Notes under the pieces: generated by a model
The model's database searches: none
What the model was told of the DNA's origin: nothing
The model's input: only the letters and a program-made list of their open reading frames with translations
Translations under genes and position numbers: made by a program
Shown: in pieces, positions 38,750-52,119 of the stretch
How positions within the stretch are numbered: the stretch's first letter is position 1
Layout: every line of letters begins with the position of its first letter
Origin: Eledone cirrhosa
Lineage: Eukaryota
Direction of reading: 5' to 3'
Assembly (NCBI GenBank): GCA_964016885.1
Contig: OZ024747.1
Coordinates: forward strand, 34,100,001 to 34,164,000
Length of the DNA: 64,000 nt

Positions 38750-39930
38750 CGTACAGGCATTGAAAAACACATTTACACACACATATAGGAGATGAGTTTA
38801 GATATAATTTCAAGTATTATATCATAAGCCTCACTGTGGTAATGAAGAATTATCAGTTAAATATCTCCACAGTTCTTCTAAAATACATTCTGTTGGGCGC
38901 ATAGATACATACACACCTACACACATGCACACATCTATATACATAATAGATTGTACTTCTGTAATTGTCAATCCATGTCAACACGCATACACACACATAT
39001 GTGTAAATGTATTTTAACGATTATCCAATAAAGAGCAGGATTTCAATACATCCACACTTCATTGAAATCTGTATACTAAATTTTTTGCTGCACAGATTTA
39101 AGTAATTCCGTGGTATAATGTACATAATAATGCTTTCAAAAACTTTCTTAATCGAAATCTTTCATAGAATATAATATAAAACCAGCAGGATCAGTTTTGC
39201 TTTTAAGAACTGTGAAAGTGTTGTAATTAGATGTATTCAGATTTCTCTTCATCTTATCATGAAGAGAATGAAACTTTTAAATAAATGGCCACATAATGAG
39301 TAATATCATATATGCAGTTAACTATCGACATAGATCTTATTCTGCCAGTAGTATATGTGTATAAAATACTATGAAGCATAAACAAGCATGCGTGGAAATA
39401 TATCCATATTCCGATAACTGCTACGTTTATATTTTCTGTGGCTTTAGTTTGAATATTTTGATGTTAAAATATTTTGATGTTAAAAAGAACATGTGATTCT
39501 TTATATCAAAAAGTAGCAAATATATATAATGAAAATTATTTGAAAAATAATAAACGGTATCGTTATCATAAAGCAACCGTATCATCCTCAATGATTTCAT
39601 GTTTTTATATTTCTTAAATTTAAAACAGACACCATTCAGTAAGTTATAACATTTCAAGTAAACGCGCAAAGAAGATTTTAGTGTTTAAATCTTTACACAC
39701 ACATGCAAATATATATATATACGTACACACACACACGCATACAGACACACACACATATATATATATATGTGTGTGTGTGTCTGGGTGTGTTTGTATATAT
39801 ATATATATATATATATGGAATTGATTTCTACAGGACTAGAATTGTTACATTCATATCAAATACCTCCTGATTTCATCCGTAATAATTACACTACAAATCA
39901 TGTAGATAACATGTATAAACATACATACAC

Positions 39931-39995
<65 letters not shown>

Positions 39996-40008
39996 CGTCT
40001 CCCTATAT

Positions 40009-40055
<47 letters not shown>

Positions 40056-40303
40056 CATACATAAACGGGGTGCAAAAAGGTGAATACTATGTAAAATGAA
40101 GTGTAAAAATAATGGCAAGATATTATTGAAAAGATTGAAGTTTAAAAGGTATCTAAACCTCACCATCCTACAATATCATAACATATACTTAATTTTCAAA
40201 TAAAGAACCAAAAGTATTTCTCAGATAGAACGATTATTTGAAGTAAATATGATTTAGAAAAAACAATGTGAAAATACTAAACTGATAAAATAATATATAA
40301 TGT

Positions 40304-40965
40304 AACGAAATTTCATTTCCCACTCTTAGTACGGCTGTTACTTAAATATAAGTATGTATACGTACATACATATATGTATACAGACGTACAGTAGTATGTA
40401 TATATATATATATACATACAATAATAAATGTTCGGTGAATCCATACGTACATATATATATGTGTGCATGTATGTATATATATATACATACTACTGTACGT
40501 CTGTATACATATATGTATGTACGTATACATACTTATATTTAAGTAACAGCCGTACTAACAGTGGGAAATGAAATTTCGTTTCATTTTTTCCGTTTATCGT
40601 TTTCGGTGCACCCGGCCGATTAACCCACTCGATATGCAAATTAGGCTGCTCAGCCGTTAATATGCATAAGGAAAGTATATAGTTTCACACCTTCAATCAT
40701 CTGGCAGGAAGGTATACGTTACTGACGATAGCTAATAAGCTTGAAACTAGTATAGCGTTACTTTGTCAGTGTTGAACAAACGAGCAACGATGGTTGCTAG
40801 ACACTACGGCTTAATACGGGATGTTTGTTTACAAACACACCGAGCATTATAATAAATGTTCGGTGAATCCATACGTACATATATATATGTGTGCATGTAT
40901 GTATATATATATGCATACTACTGTACGTCTCTATACATATATGTATGTACGTATACATACTTATA
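40304..40965 (+). mobile_element. Retrozyme-like unit, locus 2: inverted 5' segment plus about 1.27 tandem monomers (period about 428 bp)
   Basis: 40304-40418 is inverted relative to about 40468-40580; 40421-40535 recurs at 40849-40965; hammerhead at 40716-40758. Confidence 0.78.
40716..40758 (+). ncRNA. Minimal type I hammerhead ribozyme, canonical core
   Basis: acguua CUGACGA u-agcu aaua agcu-u GAAA c ua g UA uagcgu; palindromic ACUAGU stem/loop III, GUA triplet. Confidence 0.85.
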
Positions 40966-41089
40966 CATACTAATATATAATGTATAATGTGAAAACAAAT
41001 GAAAATAAATAAAACACTGATAATATCTGTAAATATGAACCTTGTTTATTTACTTCTTGTGAGTTAATTTCATCCTTATTATTATTATG

Positions 41090-41400
41090 AGTGCGAAAAA
41101 GGACAGGGAGAAAATTAACCGATAGCAGGATTTAAAGTGGGAGGTAAAAAGGATTTGGAACTGCTATTAAATCAAGGTCGTCCCGATTGTCATAGGCGCA
41201 CTAGGTACTATCTCAAAGAGTTTCCAAGGATGGGTAAAGAAGATTAGTCCAGCCCCGCTTTTTGAACACATCAAAAGGCATGCTTGCTGGGAACAGCAAG
41301 AACCCTCCGATACGTCCTGAATATCTGAGGCTGCAGGTAGCGGCTTGATATACATCTCAACAAATTTTCCAGTTAAATAACATAAATGACTGAGACTCAA
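41090..41400 (+). mobile_element. R4/Dong family A 3' fragment followed by (TAA)n
   Basis: Diverged homolog of 63125-63440 (KINR..DLKWEVKRIWNC..VVPIVIGALGTISK); (TAA)n at 41401-41457. Confidence 0.85.
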
Positions 41401-41405
41401 TTAAC

Positions 41406-41457
<52 letters not shown>

Positions 41458-41458
<1 letters not shown>

Positions 41459-43833
41459 ATCACAATGTATAAAAATTGGTAAGTCAACAATAACTGCTAA
41501 ATCAATACCACCCAAGGAGGAAGTGACAGAAATATGGGAATAGGTGTGGGCCGAAAAAGAGGTCATAATATACATGCCCCATCGATAGACAGACAAATGA
41601 AAGATACAGCTCACCTTGAGGAACAAATATGGGAAAATATAACAGTTGAACAGTTGTGTTTGGCTCTTAGAAAACCAGCAAATAGAAATCCCCAGGAATA
41701 GAAAAAATACAAAATTTTTGGATAAATGCCTTCAAAGCGTCTCATGAGCTGTTAGCCCAACTTTACAATGAAATAGTTAAGGAGGCAGAAAAGATACCAT
41801 CATGGCTAGTTAACGGCATTACATTCCTGCTTCCGAAGAATGATAAGACAAATAATCCCAAAAGTTACAGACCGATAACTAGCTTGACCACAATGTATAA
41901 CAATTTAAATTCAGTCCTAACTGAATGTACCACCTGATAACAAATGATCTATTTCCCAATGAGCAGAAAGTGTGTAAACGAGGCTCATATGGCTGTAAGG
42001 GTCAGCTTTTGGTTAACAAAATGATACTGGAATATTGTCATAATAGACCCCAAAATCTATCAATTGCTTGGATAGATTATAAAAAAGCATTCGATAGTTT
42101 GCCATACCATTAAGTAAAATGCTCAATGAAACAAAACATGGATATAAAATCTATGACAAAACCATTAATCACTTGTTCTACATGGATGACCTGAAACTAC
42201 TTGCAAAAAATGGCAATTGTGGAGCAGTTCAGTGATGACATTAAAATGGGGTTTGGACTAGATAAATGCGCCAAAGCAACGTTCACCAGAGGCAGGATGC
42301 TGAAGAGTTCAGACATTAATCTTGATCGGGGGAACGTGATAAGAGAACTTGATCAAGAAAAAACTTACAAATATCTAGGTGTTTGTGAAGGAAACGGAAT
42401 CAAGCACTCGACAATGAGGGAAAGGATAAGGAAGGAATGTTACCGCAGAGTAAGAGCAATCTTAAGAACGGAATTGAATGCAAGGAATAGGATCGATGTC
42501 ATAAACACGATTGCCATACCAGTAGTAACCTACAGTTACAATGTCATCAACTGGTCAAGCACAGAGATCCGTAGGCTCCATATAAAAATTCGAAAATTCT
42601 TAACCATGCACAGAATGCATCACCCTAAGGCAGATATAGATAGAATATATCTCCCTAGGAAAGAAGGAGGACGTGGGTTAATCCAGTTAGACATTGCGTT
42701 GAAAACTGCAACAATTGGATTGTCTACATATCTAAGGGAATCACATGATTGGATGATCAAACTCGTTTTGAAACACGAAAGCATCAAAAGATCATATTCC
42801 ATTACAAAAGATGCACAAAGATACATTAATGGACTACAAATTTCAGAAGTCCCATTTACTGCTGAAATGGAAAACACAGAAAAAGCAAAGCAGGTAAAAG
42901 TAACTGCAAAGAAAGAACTGCTACAGAAACTGGCTAAGAAATGGCAAGAAAAGCCTCTGTATGGAAAATACCCAGAGCGAGCTAACAATCCTGATGTTGA
43001 CAAAACTTTAACCCATCAGTGGTTGGCATCCTCTGGACTGAAATCGGAGACTGAAGGACTGATTATATCAGCACAAGATCAGTGTCTGCCAACAAAAAAT
43101 TACCAAGCCAACATAATAAAAAATGGATGCAGCCCATTATGCCGTGTATGCAAAAAACAACCAGAGACCATTGACCATATAATTTCTATGTGCAGTCCTA
43201 TAGCTCCAACCGAATACCTAAACAGGCATGACAGAGCTGCACAATACATACATTGGATAATGTGTAAGCATTTTGACCTGCCCCATCAAAAGAATTGGTG
43301 GGAGCATCAACCACCTCCCATAATTGAAAAAGATCACATCTCAATCTTGTGGAACTTTAGCATCCAAACAGACCGAAAAATAGATGCAAATAGACCTGAT
43401 ATAATATTGAAGGACTTTAAAAAGAGGGTATGCCTGCTAATTGATATGTCTGTTCCAATAGAAAAGAATGTATCTATAAAAACATTTGAAAAATTGAGCA
43501 AGAATGGAGATAGAAATTTGAAAAATGTGTAAATTGAGAACTAAAACAATACCAGTGGTTGTAGGTGCTCTGGGAATGATACCTAAGGGGTCTAATGATT
43601 ACTTATCGCAAATCCCAGGAAACCCGCGTATAGGAGAAATACAAAAGATAGTACTAATGGGAACTGCCCATATACTAAGGAAGATTCTGTACATCACAAG
43701 TCTAAACACTAAAGATGCATGTGTGAGTATGTATGTTCTTTCTTGAACATGGCGGACCTTGTTGTCTCTTGAGGTCACTGGTTGTGACTTGGTGATAACT
43801 CGTATGAACATAAAGCAAGATAAATGCAACTGT
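41458..43833 (+). mobile_element. R4/Dong family B element (RT, CCHC zinc knuckle, RLE), 5'-truncated with an internal RT deletion, flanked by (TAA)n
   Basis: YRPIT, IAWIDYKKAFDS, NHLFYMDDLKL, FGLDKC, YKYLG, CRVCKKQPETIDHIISMC, RHD, ANRPDIIL..LIDMSVP, PVVVGALG. The QGD region is deleted at about 42105. Confidence 0.92.
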
Positions 43834-43850
43834 AATAATAATAATAATAA

Positions 43851-45290
43851 CGCTTTCTTTATTAACCACAAGGGTTTACACAAAGTAGACATTAAGGACA
43901 GTACAAGACAATACAGGACGGTACAAAAGGGCATTTCTGGGTGTAAAAAAACAAAAAAACAGATGATGTAATAATAGAACAATGAAAAAATTCCCCAATA
44001 GGGGCGAGACTTCCGACGGACATTCGTGGAGAAAGCCCATTAAAAATCCAGTCACCCTGACCACCGGGGCAAGTGCCCTCTCCCAGTTTTCCACCTTTAA
44101 TTTACAGATACATACTCAGAGTAGGCCCATTCACTCGGGCCATTCTTGCCTCTCTCACCCATCTTTCAACAAAATGCATAGCTGTCCTAACTTTTTTGTT
44201 TGATAGTTTATTTGTTTCCCTTTGTATTTTGTTTTTGGAGGGAGAAGGAAGGGGATTTTTTCTTTTTTGACTTCTTTTTCTTTTTTTTTTCTGATACCGT
44301 TTCCCACCCCCGGTCGTCACAATCTGTCTCCAGTGCGATAGGTCGGGGAGTGGAAAATCCTCCACAGGCGTTGGTTTTGGTTGTGGCGTGGTGGATGGTG
44401 TGTGCGCTGGTGCTACTTCTGGCGCGTTGGGTGGTGGTGGTGTTGGTTTTGCTACTGTTGCTGGGGTTGTTGCTGTTACAGTTGCTTCTGTTGTTGCTAC
44501 TACAGTTGTTGCTGCCATTTCTGCTGCTGGTGGTGTTGATGGTTGAGTCACTGGGGTGGGTAATAGATGTGGCCTCAACCTGTTAGCTTGAGGGCAGAAA
44601 GCCCTTAGGTGGGTACCTTCACCACAAACGACACACCTAGGCCTTCTGCCCTCGACGATTACGGTGAGGTCTATTACCTCTGGGATCTCATAAATGCTTT
44701 TTTGGTCCGCTTCGATCAGGAGCTCCATCCCAGATCCGGACCAGTTCTCCTGCTTTTCTTTTGCTATTTCGATTATCTTGATGTTGGCCTCGATGCCGGC
44801 GAGGACGGCAGCCATTAGCCAGGGAATTTCGATGGTCGGTGGACAGTGGGTCACCCTGATCTTCACGAGTCTCTGGCCACAATAGCTTGGGACGAGTGTG
44901 AAGTCGTCACTTCTTAATGGGGCCATGGAATGTTCCCTGGCCTCCTATGGTGTTCCAAAGAACACGTCCACGGTTCCATATTTCTGCCCACGTCTGATGT
45001 GGGTTTTCTTTGCCCACACATGTCCCAAAGCATTTTGGATTTGGGACTCGGATGCTCGTTCCACTCGGCGCGATTTTATGTTAATCATCCGATAAGACAC
45101 GGTGCATAGGCGCCAATGCCCCATTTTATTAGGTGTGTGTGTGTGGGGGGGGGGAATACCCTGTACCCATCTTTCTTTACCATTATCTTGGCTTCATCTA
45201 ATTCCTCCTGAGTTACCTGGATTGCTTCGCACTTTTTTGCTACTCTGGCAAAAGGTGGTTTTCTTAATTTCATTGTTGCTGTTGTTGTTA
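43851..45290 (-). mobile_element. Internally deleted Tx1/L1-type element (ORF1 fused to the extreme 3' end of ORF2)
   Basis: ORF1 with CCHC knuckle RRPRCVVCGEGTHLRAFC and a Pro/Thr-rich linker, joined to HFVERWVREARMARVNGPTLSM; the 3' UTR is the reverse complement of 50155-50478. Confidence 0.85.
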
Positions 45291-45309
45291 TGATTATTTT
45301 TGTTATTGT

Positions 45310-45466
45310 AGATTGGCAGTATCGGTAGAGGGTCAGACGCCATGCTTTGACGCATAGAGTTGCGGCCCTTGCCATTCTGAGTTCAAATCCCGCCGAGGTT
45401 AACTTTGCCTTTCATCCTTACGGTGTCGATAAAATAAAGTACCACTGGGTAATTGCTGGTCTTGTG
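45310..45466 (+). mobile_element. SINE at the centre of the head-to-head Tx1 pair
   Basis: gattggcagtatcggtagagg..gttcaaatcc..; 3'-truncated at cttgtg. Confidence 0.9.
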
Positions 45467-45477
45467 ACGGCAGCCAT

Positions 45478-48400
45478 CTCACCGTAATCGTCGAGGGCAG
45501 AAGACCTAGGTGTGTCGTTTTTGGTGAAGGAACACACCTAAGGGCTTTCTGCCCTCAGGCTAAAAGGTTGAGGCCACCTCTCTTACCCACCCCAGTGACT
45601 CAACCATCAACACCACCAGCAGCAGAAATGGCAGCAACAACTGTAGCAGCAACAATAGAAGCAACTGTAACAGCAACAACCCCAGCAACAGTAGCAAAAC
45701 CAACACCACCACCACCCAACGCGCCAGAACTAGCACCAGCGCCTACACCATCCACCACGCCACAACCAAAACCAACGCCTGTGGAGGATTTTCCACTCTC
45801 CGACCTATCACAACTGGAGACAGATTGTGACAACGAGGAGTGGGAAACGGTATCAGGAAAAAAGAAAAAAAAAGAAACCAAACAAGAAAAATTCTCTTCC
45901 CTCCCCCCTCCAAAAACAAAATACAGAGGGAAACAAATAAACTATCAAACACAAAAGTTAGGACAGATATGCCACCATCCACACCAGCATCCCCAACCTC
46001 ATCACCACAAACACCAACACCATCACCATAATTTACCCCAACACCACCATCACCAACGCCACAAAAGTCACCAAAAAGCGAAACAGAAACAATCCCACAA
46101 CAAACGCAAACATAACAAAACAACCAAAACGATACACACTACACAGCATTAAATTTGAACAACAACCAATTATTACGCTACATCCAACATGACACCAGCA
46201 TCACAGAAAAAGACTACACAACAACCCAAAAGTTGACACCCCTCCACACATGCAAATCACTCGCATCATACAGAAAACGTACACGACACTAAAACAAAAA
46301 TTCCCCAAAGACATCGGAGACTTCCGACAAACACTCTCCAGGATGATTTATAAGGACATCCTTCCTGAGGAGGCCAGAAGCAGTGAAAAGAATGGAGAAA
46401 CCATCCTTCCTCAACGAGAAGTAAGGTAAGTGGTCTTTCCCATCTTTTCCACTCCATTTCAACATGACGTCACTCAGAATAGGAAGCATAAATGCGCGTG
46501 GCTTCGGGTCGTCATGGAAGCAGAGCCGCCTGCTCAACGACCTCAGGTCACTAAACATAAATGTAGTGGCCATCAGCGAGACCAGAATCTTCGAAACACG
46601 GGCCTTCGCACCGATCTTCGGCGGCTACGATGTGTACGCATCTCCCATCCGTCCGGGATCGGGGGGAGGAGTTGCTGTGCTTTTTCGGAGAGGTTTGGAT
46701 CTTGCCATACGGGCCATCTTCCTGGACCCAGAAGGTAAGTTGGTGGTGCTGGTCGTGACCAGCGGAAACGGGCAAGCTTTCAGGTTAGTGGCCGTCTATG
46801 CCCCGACAGAAGCAGGGCGGCCTGATTTCTTCCGGCGTCTGGAGACCTTTCTTGGAACGTCCCGCTCTTTAGTGTTAGTGGGCGACTGGAACGGGATCTT
46901 AGATGCACGCTGGGACTGTGTGGGATCAGCAGATAGGGGAGGAGGGTGCAAAAGCCTCACCAACCTGCTCAGGCGTTTTGAACTGTCTGATTGGATTTCC
47001 CGAATGTGCCAATGTTGAGTTGGACAAATCGCATAGGGTCATCCACATCATATCTAGATAGAGTATTTTGTAGGGAAATAGATAGGTCTAGCATAGGCTG
47101 TCCACAATTCAAGATAGTCAGCTACACGGACTACAAATTCGTGATCTGTGTGCTTGACTTAGATAGGCTTCATAGATGAGGATCCGGCTACTGGAAGCTA
47201 AACGCGTCCCTACCAGCGCGCAAGACCTACAGAGACCGGATTAGCAAACTAGTTAAGCGGGCGTTGACGGGGGCCATCGTCAACAACAAGTGGTGATTTG
47301 CATCGGGTGACGCGTTCAGTGGAACGAGCCTCGAACTTGTAGTTCAAATGAGGCCCGAAAGGATCGCCCAGATCCCTGAACGCGTCATACTGGATGATCT
47401 AACCTTCATCAACATTACCGTTGAGGGTAGACGGCCCTCGTGTTATCTCTGCGGAACCAGAGGTCACCTGAGGGCTGTCTGTCCCCAACTTAATAAGAAA
47501 ACCCCAATCCTGCCTACACCACCAACAACTGCACATGAAGGACTGGGACACAGCAGTGAAACTGTCCATCAAACCAATCACATCCACCGCATACACCTTC
47601 TACCCTACGTACATGGGTAGAAGAACACAAAAAATAAAAATCCACACCATCCTGCCGATTATGGACATATGGTGGGTTTTGACAGGTTTTCTGGACCTGG
47701 AGGATGACAAGGCTTTAGAAATAGAGAAAAATAAAGCAGGGGAGAAGTAGTTAGAAAATTAGACGAGGCGCTTAGCAAAGGCATCGCGACCGACGTACTT
47801 GCGGCGAAATTGGCCCTTGACCAATTCTTCAATGTAAAGCACGAAGGTTGCGTTGTCAGAGCTAGGGTGCGTGCTCTCAGACCCGAGGGGACGAAAGCCA
47901 TTCAATGGGCCCGAGTGGCCGAGGCGCGTCGTGGCAGCAAAGCCACGATCCGGTCTTTGGTGGACCACGACGGGTGCATGCTACTCGATCCCGGAAAAAT
48001 GTGTGAAGCTTTTCAGCGACACTTCGCACAGCTGTTCGGGGGCAGCGGCGGGCCGGATCGAGGAATGGACTTTAGTGTCTACCTCGACGGACTGCCGCGG
48101 CTCTCGGCCACTGAGGCGGAGTGTTGCAAAAAGCCGATAACAACCACTGAAGTATGGGAGGCAATGACTGGCTGCACAAGGGGTAAATCGCCTGGTTTGG
48201 ATGGTCTGCCCTATGAACTTTACGTACAGATGCCAGATATATTCGGAGGCCTCTTTGCGGACGTCTACTGCAACTGGCAACAGAACGGGAGAATTCCCAG
48301 CTCTGTGAGTCGAGGAGCTGTGGCGCTGCTGAGAAAAGATCCGAACAAGGGGGATAACAGATAATTTCAGGCCCATAACTCTGCAAAACACAGAGTTCAA

Positions 48401-50495
48401 GATTTTGGCCAAGGTGCTAGCAAAGAGGTTGGCGCTTGTCGTTGGTGGTATGGTGGGAGAGGCGCAGACATACGCCATTCCTGACAGATCCACCACAACA
48501 ACCTCCACCACATGCGATACATCGTAGAGAGGGTAGCTAGGGAACCTGGCACGCGTGGGTCCTTGATCAATTTAGATCAGTCGAAAGCTTTAGATAGGAT
48601 CGACCATCGTTACCTAGCGGCAGTCCTGAGGGCGGCTGGCTTTGGGCCCGTCTTCAGAGGCTAGATCGCTGCCATGCACAGCGACATCTGGTCTGTGGTG
48701 AGAGTGAACGGTCACCTTTCAGAACCATTCAACATCATGCGCTCGGTCCGCCTAGGATGTCCCCTTTCGTCCCTATTGTACGTATTGACTCTCGACCCAT
48801 TACTGCACAAATTGGAGACGTTGAGGCGGGTCCCGCGCGAACTAGGATGCGGAAGGTCCGTGTCAGCATATGCGGACGATGTCACCGTAGTGGTGTCGAA
48901 CGCCAAACACATCGAGGCGATCGGTACTACACTAAGAGAATACGAAGCGGTGACAGGAGCTATGATCAACCAGGAAAAGTCAGTGGGCCTGCAGCTCGGC
49001 ACCTGGAGAGGCAGGTCCATGCCGTCCAACAGCGACGTCGGGCGCTGGACGGAGGCAACAGTTAAATTTCTAGAGGTCTGGTTCGGTCCGGATCTCCAGA
49101 CGGACAAAAACTGGGACGAGGTGATGAGCAGGGTGGCTTCTCTCACCCAGAAATGGGCAGAGAGGAAGCTATCCCTGAAAGGTCGAGCGGAGGTTGCTAA
49201 CGCGTTCATCGCGTCCGTCATCTACTACCGCCTGACCGTCGTACCTTGTCCTAAGCCCCACCTGACTGCGCTGGAGCGTTTGCTCTTTCGCTTTTTGTGG
49301 AAGGGACGCTCTCCGATGGTCAGGCGGTCCATCTGCAGTCAACACCCGCTACGTGGAGGGCTGGGCATGCCGCGGCTGATGATGCGCAGACACGCGCTCA
49401 GGCTACGACATCTCCACCTCTTCCTCGACGGTGATCAGGTGTGGTCGCCGTTTGCTAGACACGTCTTCCCCCAGCTCGTCTCCTTGACTGAGCTGCAGTC
49501 CTGGGTCAAGCAAAGACGAAGAGTGGCCGCTTGGATACTGGAATGTCTTCAGGCGCTCACAGCCCTCGACCAATCGGGCAATGTGATCGGTGGAAACTCC
49601 ACCATGGCGTTCTATAGAGGATTAGTGGAGGGGAAGAACGACGGCGTACTTGAAGAAACTCTAGGGGTCGACGAAAATCAACTAGCCAATCTCTCCGGAG
49701 AACTTTCGGGCCAGGGCCTATGGACAACTTCCAGATATCTCTGACCTGGCAGTGCTACCGAGGAGCCTTGCCAGTTCGGTATAAACTCTACAGGCATGGA
49801 GGTGCCGTCAGCCGGGCATGTCCGAGATGCGCGCAGGGCGACGAAACTGTCCTGCACGCACTCGTCCAGTGTCCGAGCATTGCTGACTTGTGGGTTTATG
49901 TCGAACTGCTGCTGTCACATGTAGGACGGATCCAGCTATCAGCTGAGTCCATCGTGAGGATTGCCCCGCCCTCTTCCTTTAGCCGGGAAGGGCAGGAAGT
50001 TTGTATCTGTCTGGTGGCCATGGCGAAAGAGATAGTATGGTGGACACGTTTGAAAGGGCTGAAGAGTAGCACTTACCTCTTCGGTGATGCCCTGATTAAC
50101 TTTTTCAAATTTCATTTGAAAAGGAAAATCGGGGTTGAGAGGGAAGTGCTCTCTTCCCAGCATTTTGTTGAAAGATGGGTGAGAGAAACAAGTATGGCCC
50201 GAGTGAATGGGCCTACTCTGAGTATGTGTCTGTAAATTAAAGGTGGAAAACTGGGAGAGAGCACTTGCCTTGGTGGTCAGGGTCACTGTGGTCTTTTATT
50301 GGGCTTTCTCCACAAATGTCCCTCGGAAGTCTGCCCCCTATTGGGGAATTTTTCATTGTTATTTTTATTACATCCTCTGTGTTTTTACACGCAGAAATGC
50401 CCATTTGTACCGTCCTGTATTGTTCTGTACTGTCTTTAAGGTCTACTTCATGTAAACCCTTGTGGTTAATAAAGAAAACATTAATATTATTATCA
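45478..50495 (+). mobile_element. Tx1/L1-type LINE: ORF1 3' half plus ORF2 (APE endonuclease, RT, C-terminal zinc knuckle), decayed
   Basis: SINARG..AISET..GGGVAVL..AVYAP..VGDWN..YLDRV..GYWKLN; KSPGLDGLP, FRPITL, DQSKAF, GCPLS, YADDV, GGLGMP, CPRC..ETVLHALVQC; aataaa and an (ATT)-like tail. Confidence 0.9.
46464..50235 (+). pseudogene. Tx1-type ORF2 (APE-RT) with frameshifts and a foreign insertion at about 47301-47712
   Basis: ORF pieces 46464-47018, 46991-47179, 47810-48364, 48674-49744 and 49720-50235. Confidence 0.88.
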
Positions 50496-50753
50496 CTATT
50501 TTGTTTTTTAATTAAAAAAATGGTGAAAAGAACAACGATGTAACTGTATTAAATCATGCAGCTGGAAAGTTTTAAGAAATGCAAAAATAATGAAATTGAA
50601 AATAAAATAAATATATAAATTTGGTAATAATTGAATAAAATCAAATACTTATAAAACTAATCTGAAAATTTAAATTAAGGGAGAATAAAGGTATCAGAAA
50701 CATCAACAATAAAAATTGGCACCTAGAGGAAAATAACAACAACATTAATAAAT

Positions 50754-50943
50754 AATTGTTTCTACTTTAGGCACAAAGCCAGCGAATACCCAGTACATTA
50801 CTGGTACTTTATTTTATCGACCCCGTAAGGATGAAAGGCAAAGTTAACCTTGGCGGGATTTGAACTCAGACTGTAAAGGGACGTAACTATGCTAGAAAGC
50901 ATGGTGTCCGACTCTCTACCGACCCTCTATCGATACTGCCAAT
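50754..50943 (-). mobile_element. SINE
   Basis: SINE consensus; TSD aataaataat on both sides. Confidence 0.9.
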
Positions 50944-51042
50944 AAATAATAAGACTTCCTTCGTATACCTGCGCCAAGATATTTCCGAAGAATTTGAAAC
51001 ATTATTTCCAGTGGAAATATTGTATTCTCTTAATATATAATT

Positions 51043-51379
51043 GTTTCTTCTTTTTGGCACAAGGCCAGCAATTAACCAGTGCATTACTGGTACTTTATTT
51101 TCTCGACCCAGAAAGGATGAAATACAAAGTTAACCTCGGCGGGATTCGAACTCAGAATGGCAAGGGCCGTATTATTCTCTTAATATATAATTATTTCTAC
51201 TTTTGGCACAAGGCCACAAATACTCAGAACATTACTGGTACTTTATTTTATCGACCGCGTAAGGAGGAAAGGCAAAGTTAACCTCAGCGGGATTTGAACT
51301 CAGATCATAAAGGGACGTAACTCTATGCTTCAAAGCATGGTGTCCGACTCTCTACCGATACTACCAATCGACCACCCTT
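51043..51379 (-). mobile_element. Two SINEs at one target site (triplicated TSD)
   Basis: ttctcttaatatataat at about 51025, 51175 and 51380 brackets a truncated copy (51043-51172) and a full copy (51193-51379). Confidence 0.88.
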
Positions 51380-51546
51380 TTCTCTTAATATATAATGGCT
51401 TGTTTTCATTCAAAAAAGCGAATATTGTCTAAAATACAGTATTGGCACTGTTTTTTTATATTTACCTATATTCTCTAAAAGCTACTTAGGAAAAACCTGT
51501 TAAAATACTTGAAATGTAATAATTAAGCATATAGATGCACCCCATG

Positions 51547-51694
<148 letters not shown>

Positions 51695-51777
51695 TTTATC
51701 TCGAGTTCACTCGGAGGTAACCACAGTAAGTAGGGTACTCAATACAAAGCAGAGTATAAATATTTAATATAGAAAGG

Positions 51778-51821
51778 CTTCTACAGGACTAGAACTGTTT
51801 CATTCGGGAGAAATCATCAGG
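51778..51821 (-). ncRNA. Hammerhead core (same family as 25337), stem I broken by a fold-back junction
   Basis: c CUGAUGA u-uuc uccc gaa-u GAAA cag uucuaguc cug UA gaag; inverted partial copy at 51833-51872. Confidence 0.65.
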
Positions 51822-51878
51822 CTTCCTAAACTGAATAAAACAGTTCTTGTCCCGTAGAAGCCTTTCTATATTACATAT

Positions 51879-51988
<110 letters not shown>

Positions 51989-52119
51989 GTACGTACGTGT
52001 GTGTGTGTGTATATATATATGCATACTATGCAGATACATATACACAAAGACACACATACACGCATATATGTATCACCTTTCATAGCACAAATATAATTTA
52101 CTTGAAGCAATAATGGTAA

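Noticed and set aside
42201-43532. 443-aa ORF as a host gene
   Set aside because: It is the RT C-terminus, zinc knuckle and RLE of an R4/Dong retrotransposon.
43851-50478. 330-bp terminal inverted repeats suggesting a large DNA transposon or DIRS element
   Set aside because: The repeats are the 3' ends of two oppositely oriented Tx1-type LINE copies; no transposase or tyrosine recombinase is present.
50750-51400. Regularly recurring repeats resembling a CRISPR array
   Set aside because: They are SINE copies with TSDs; eukaryotic context, no cas genes, no constant repeat-spacer period.
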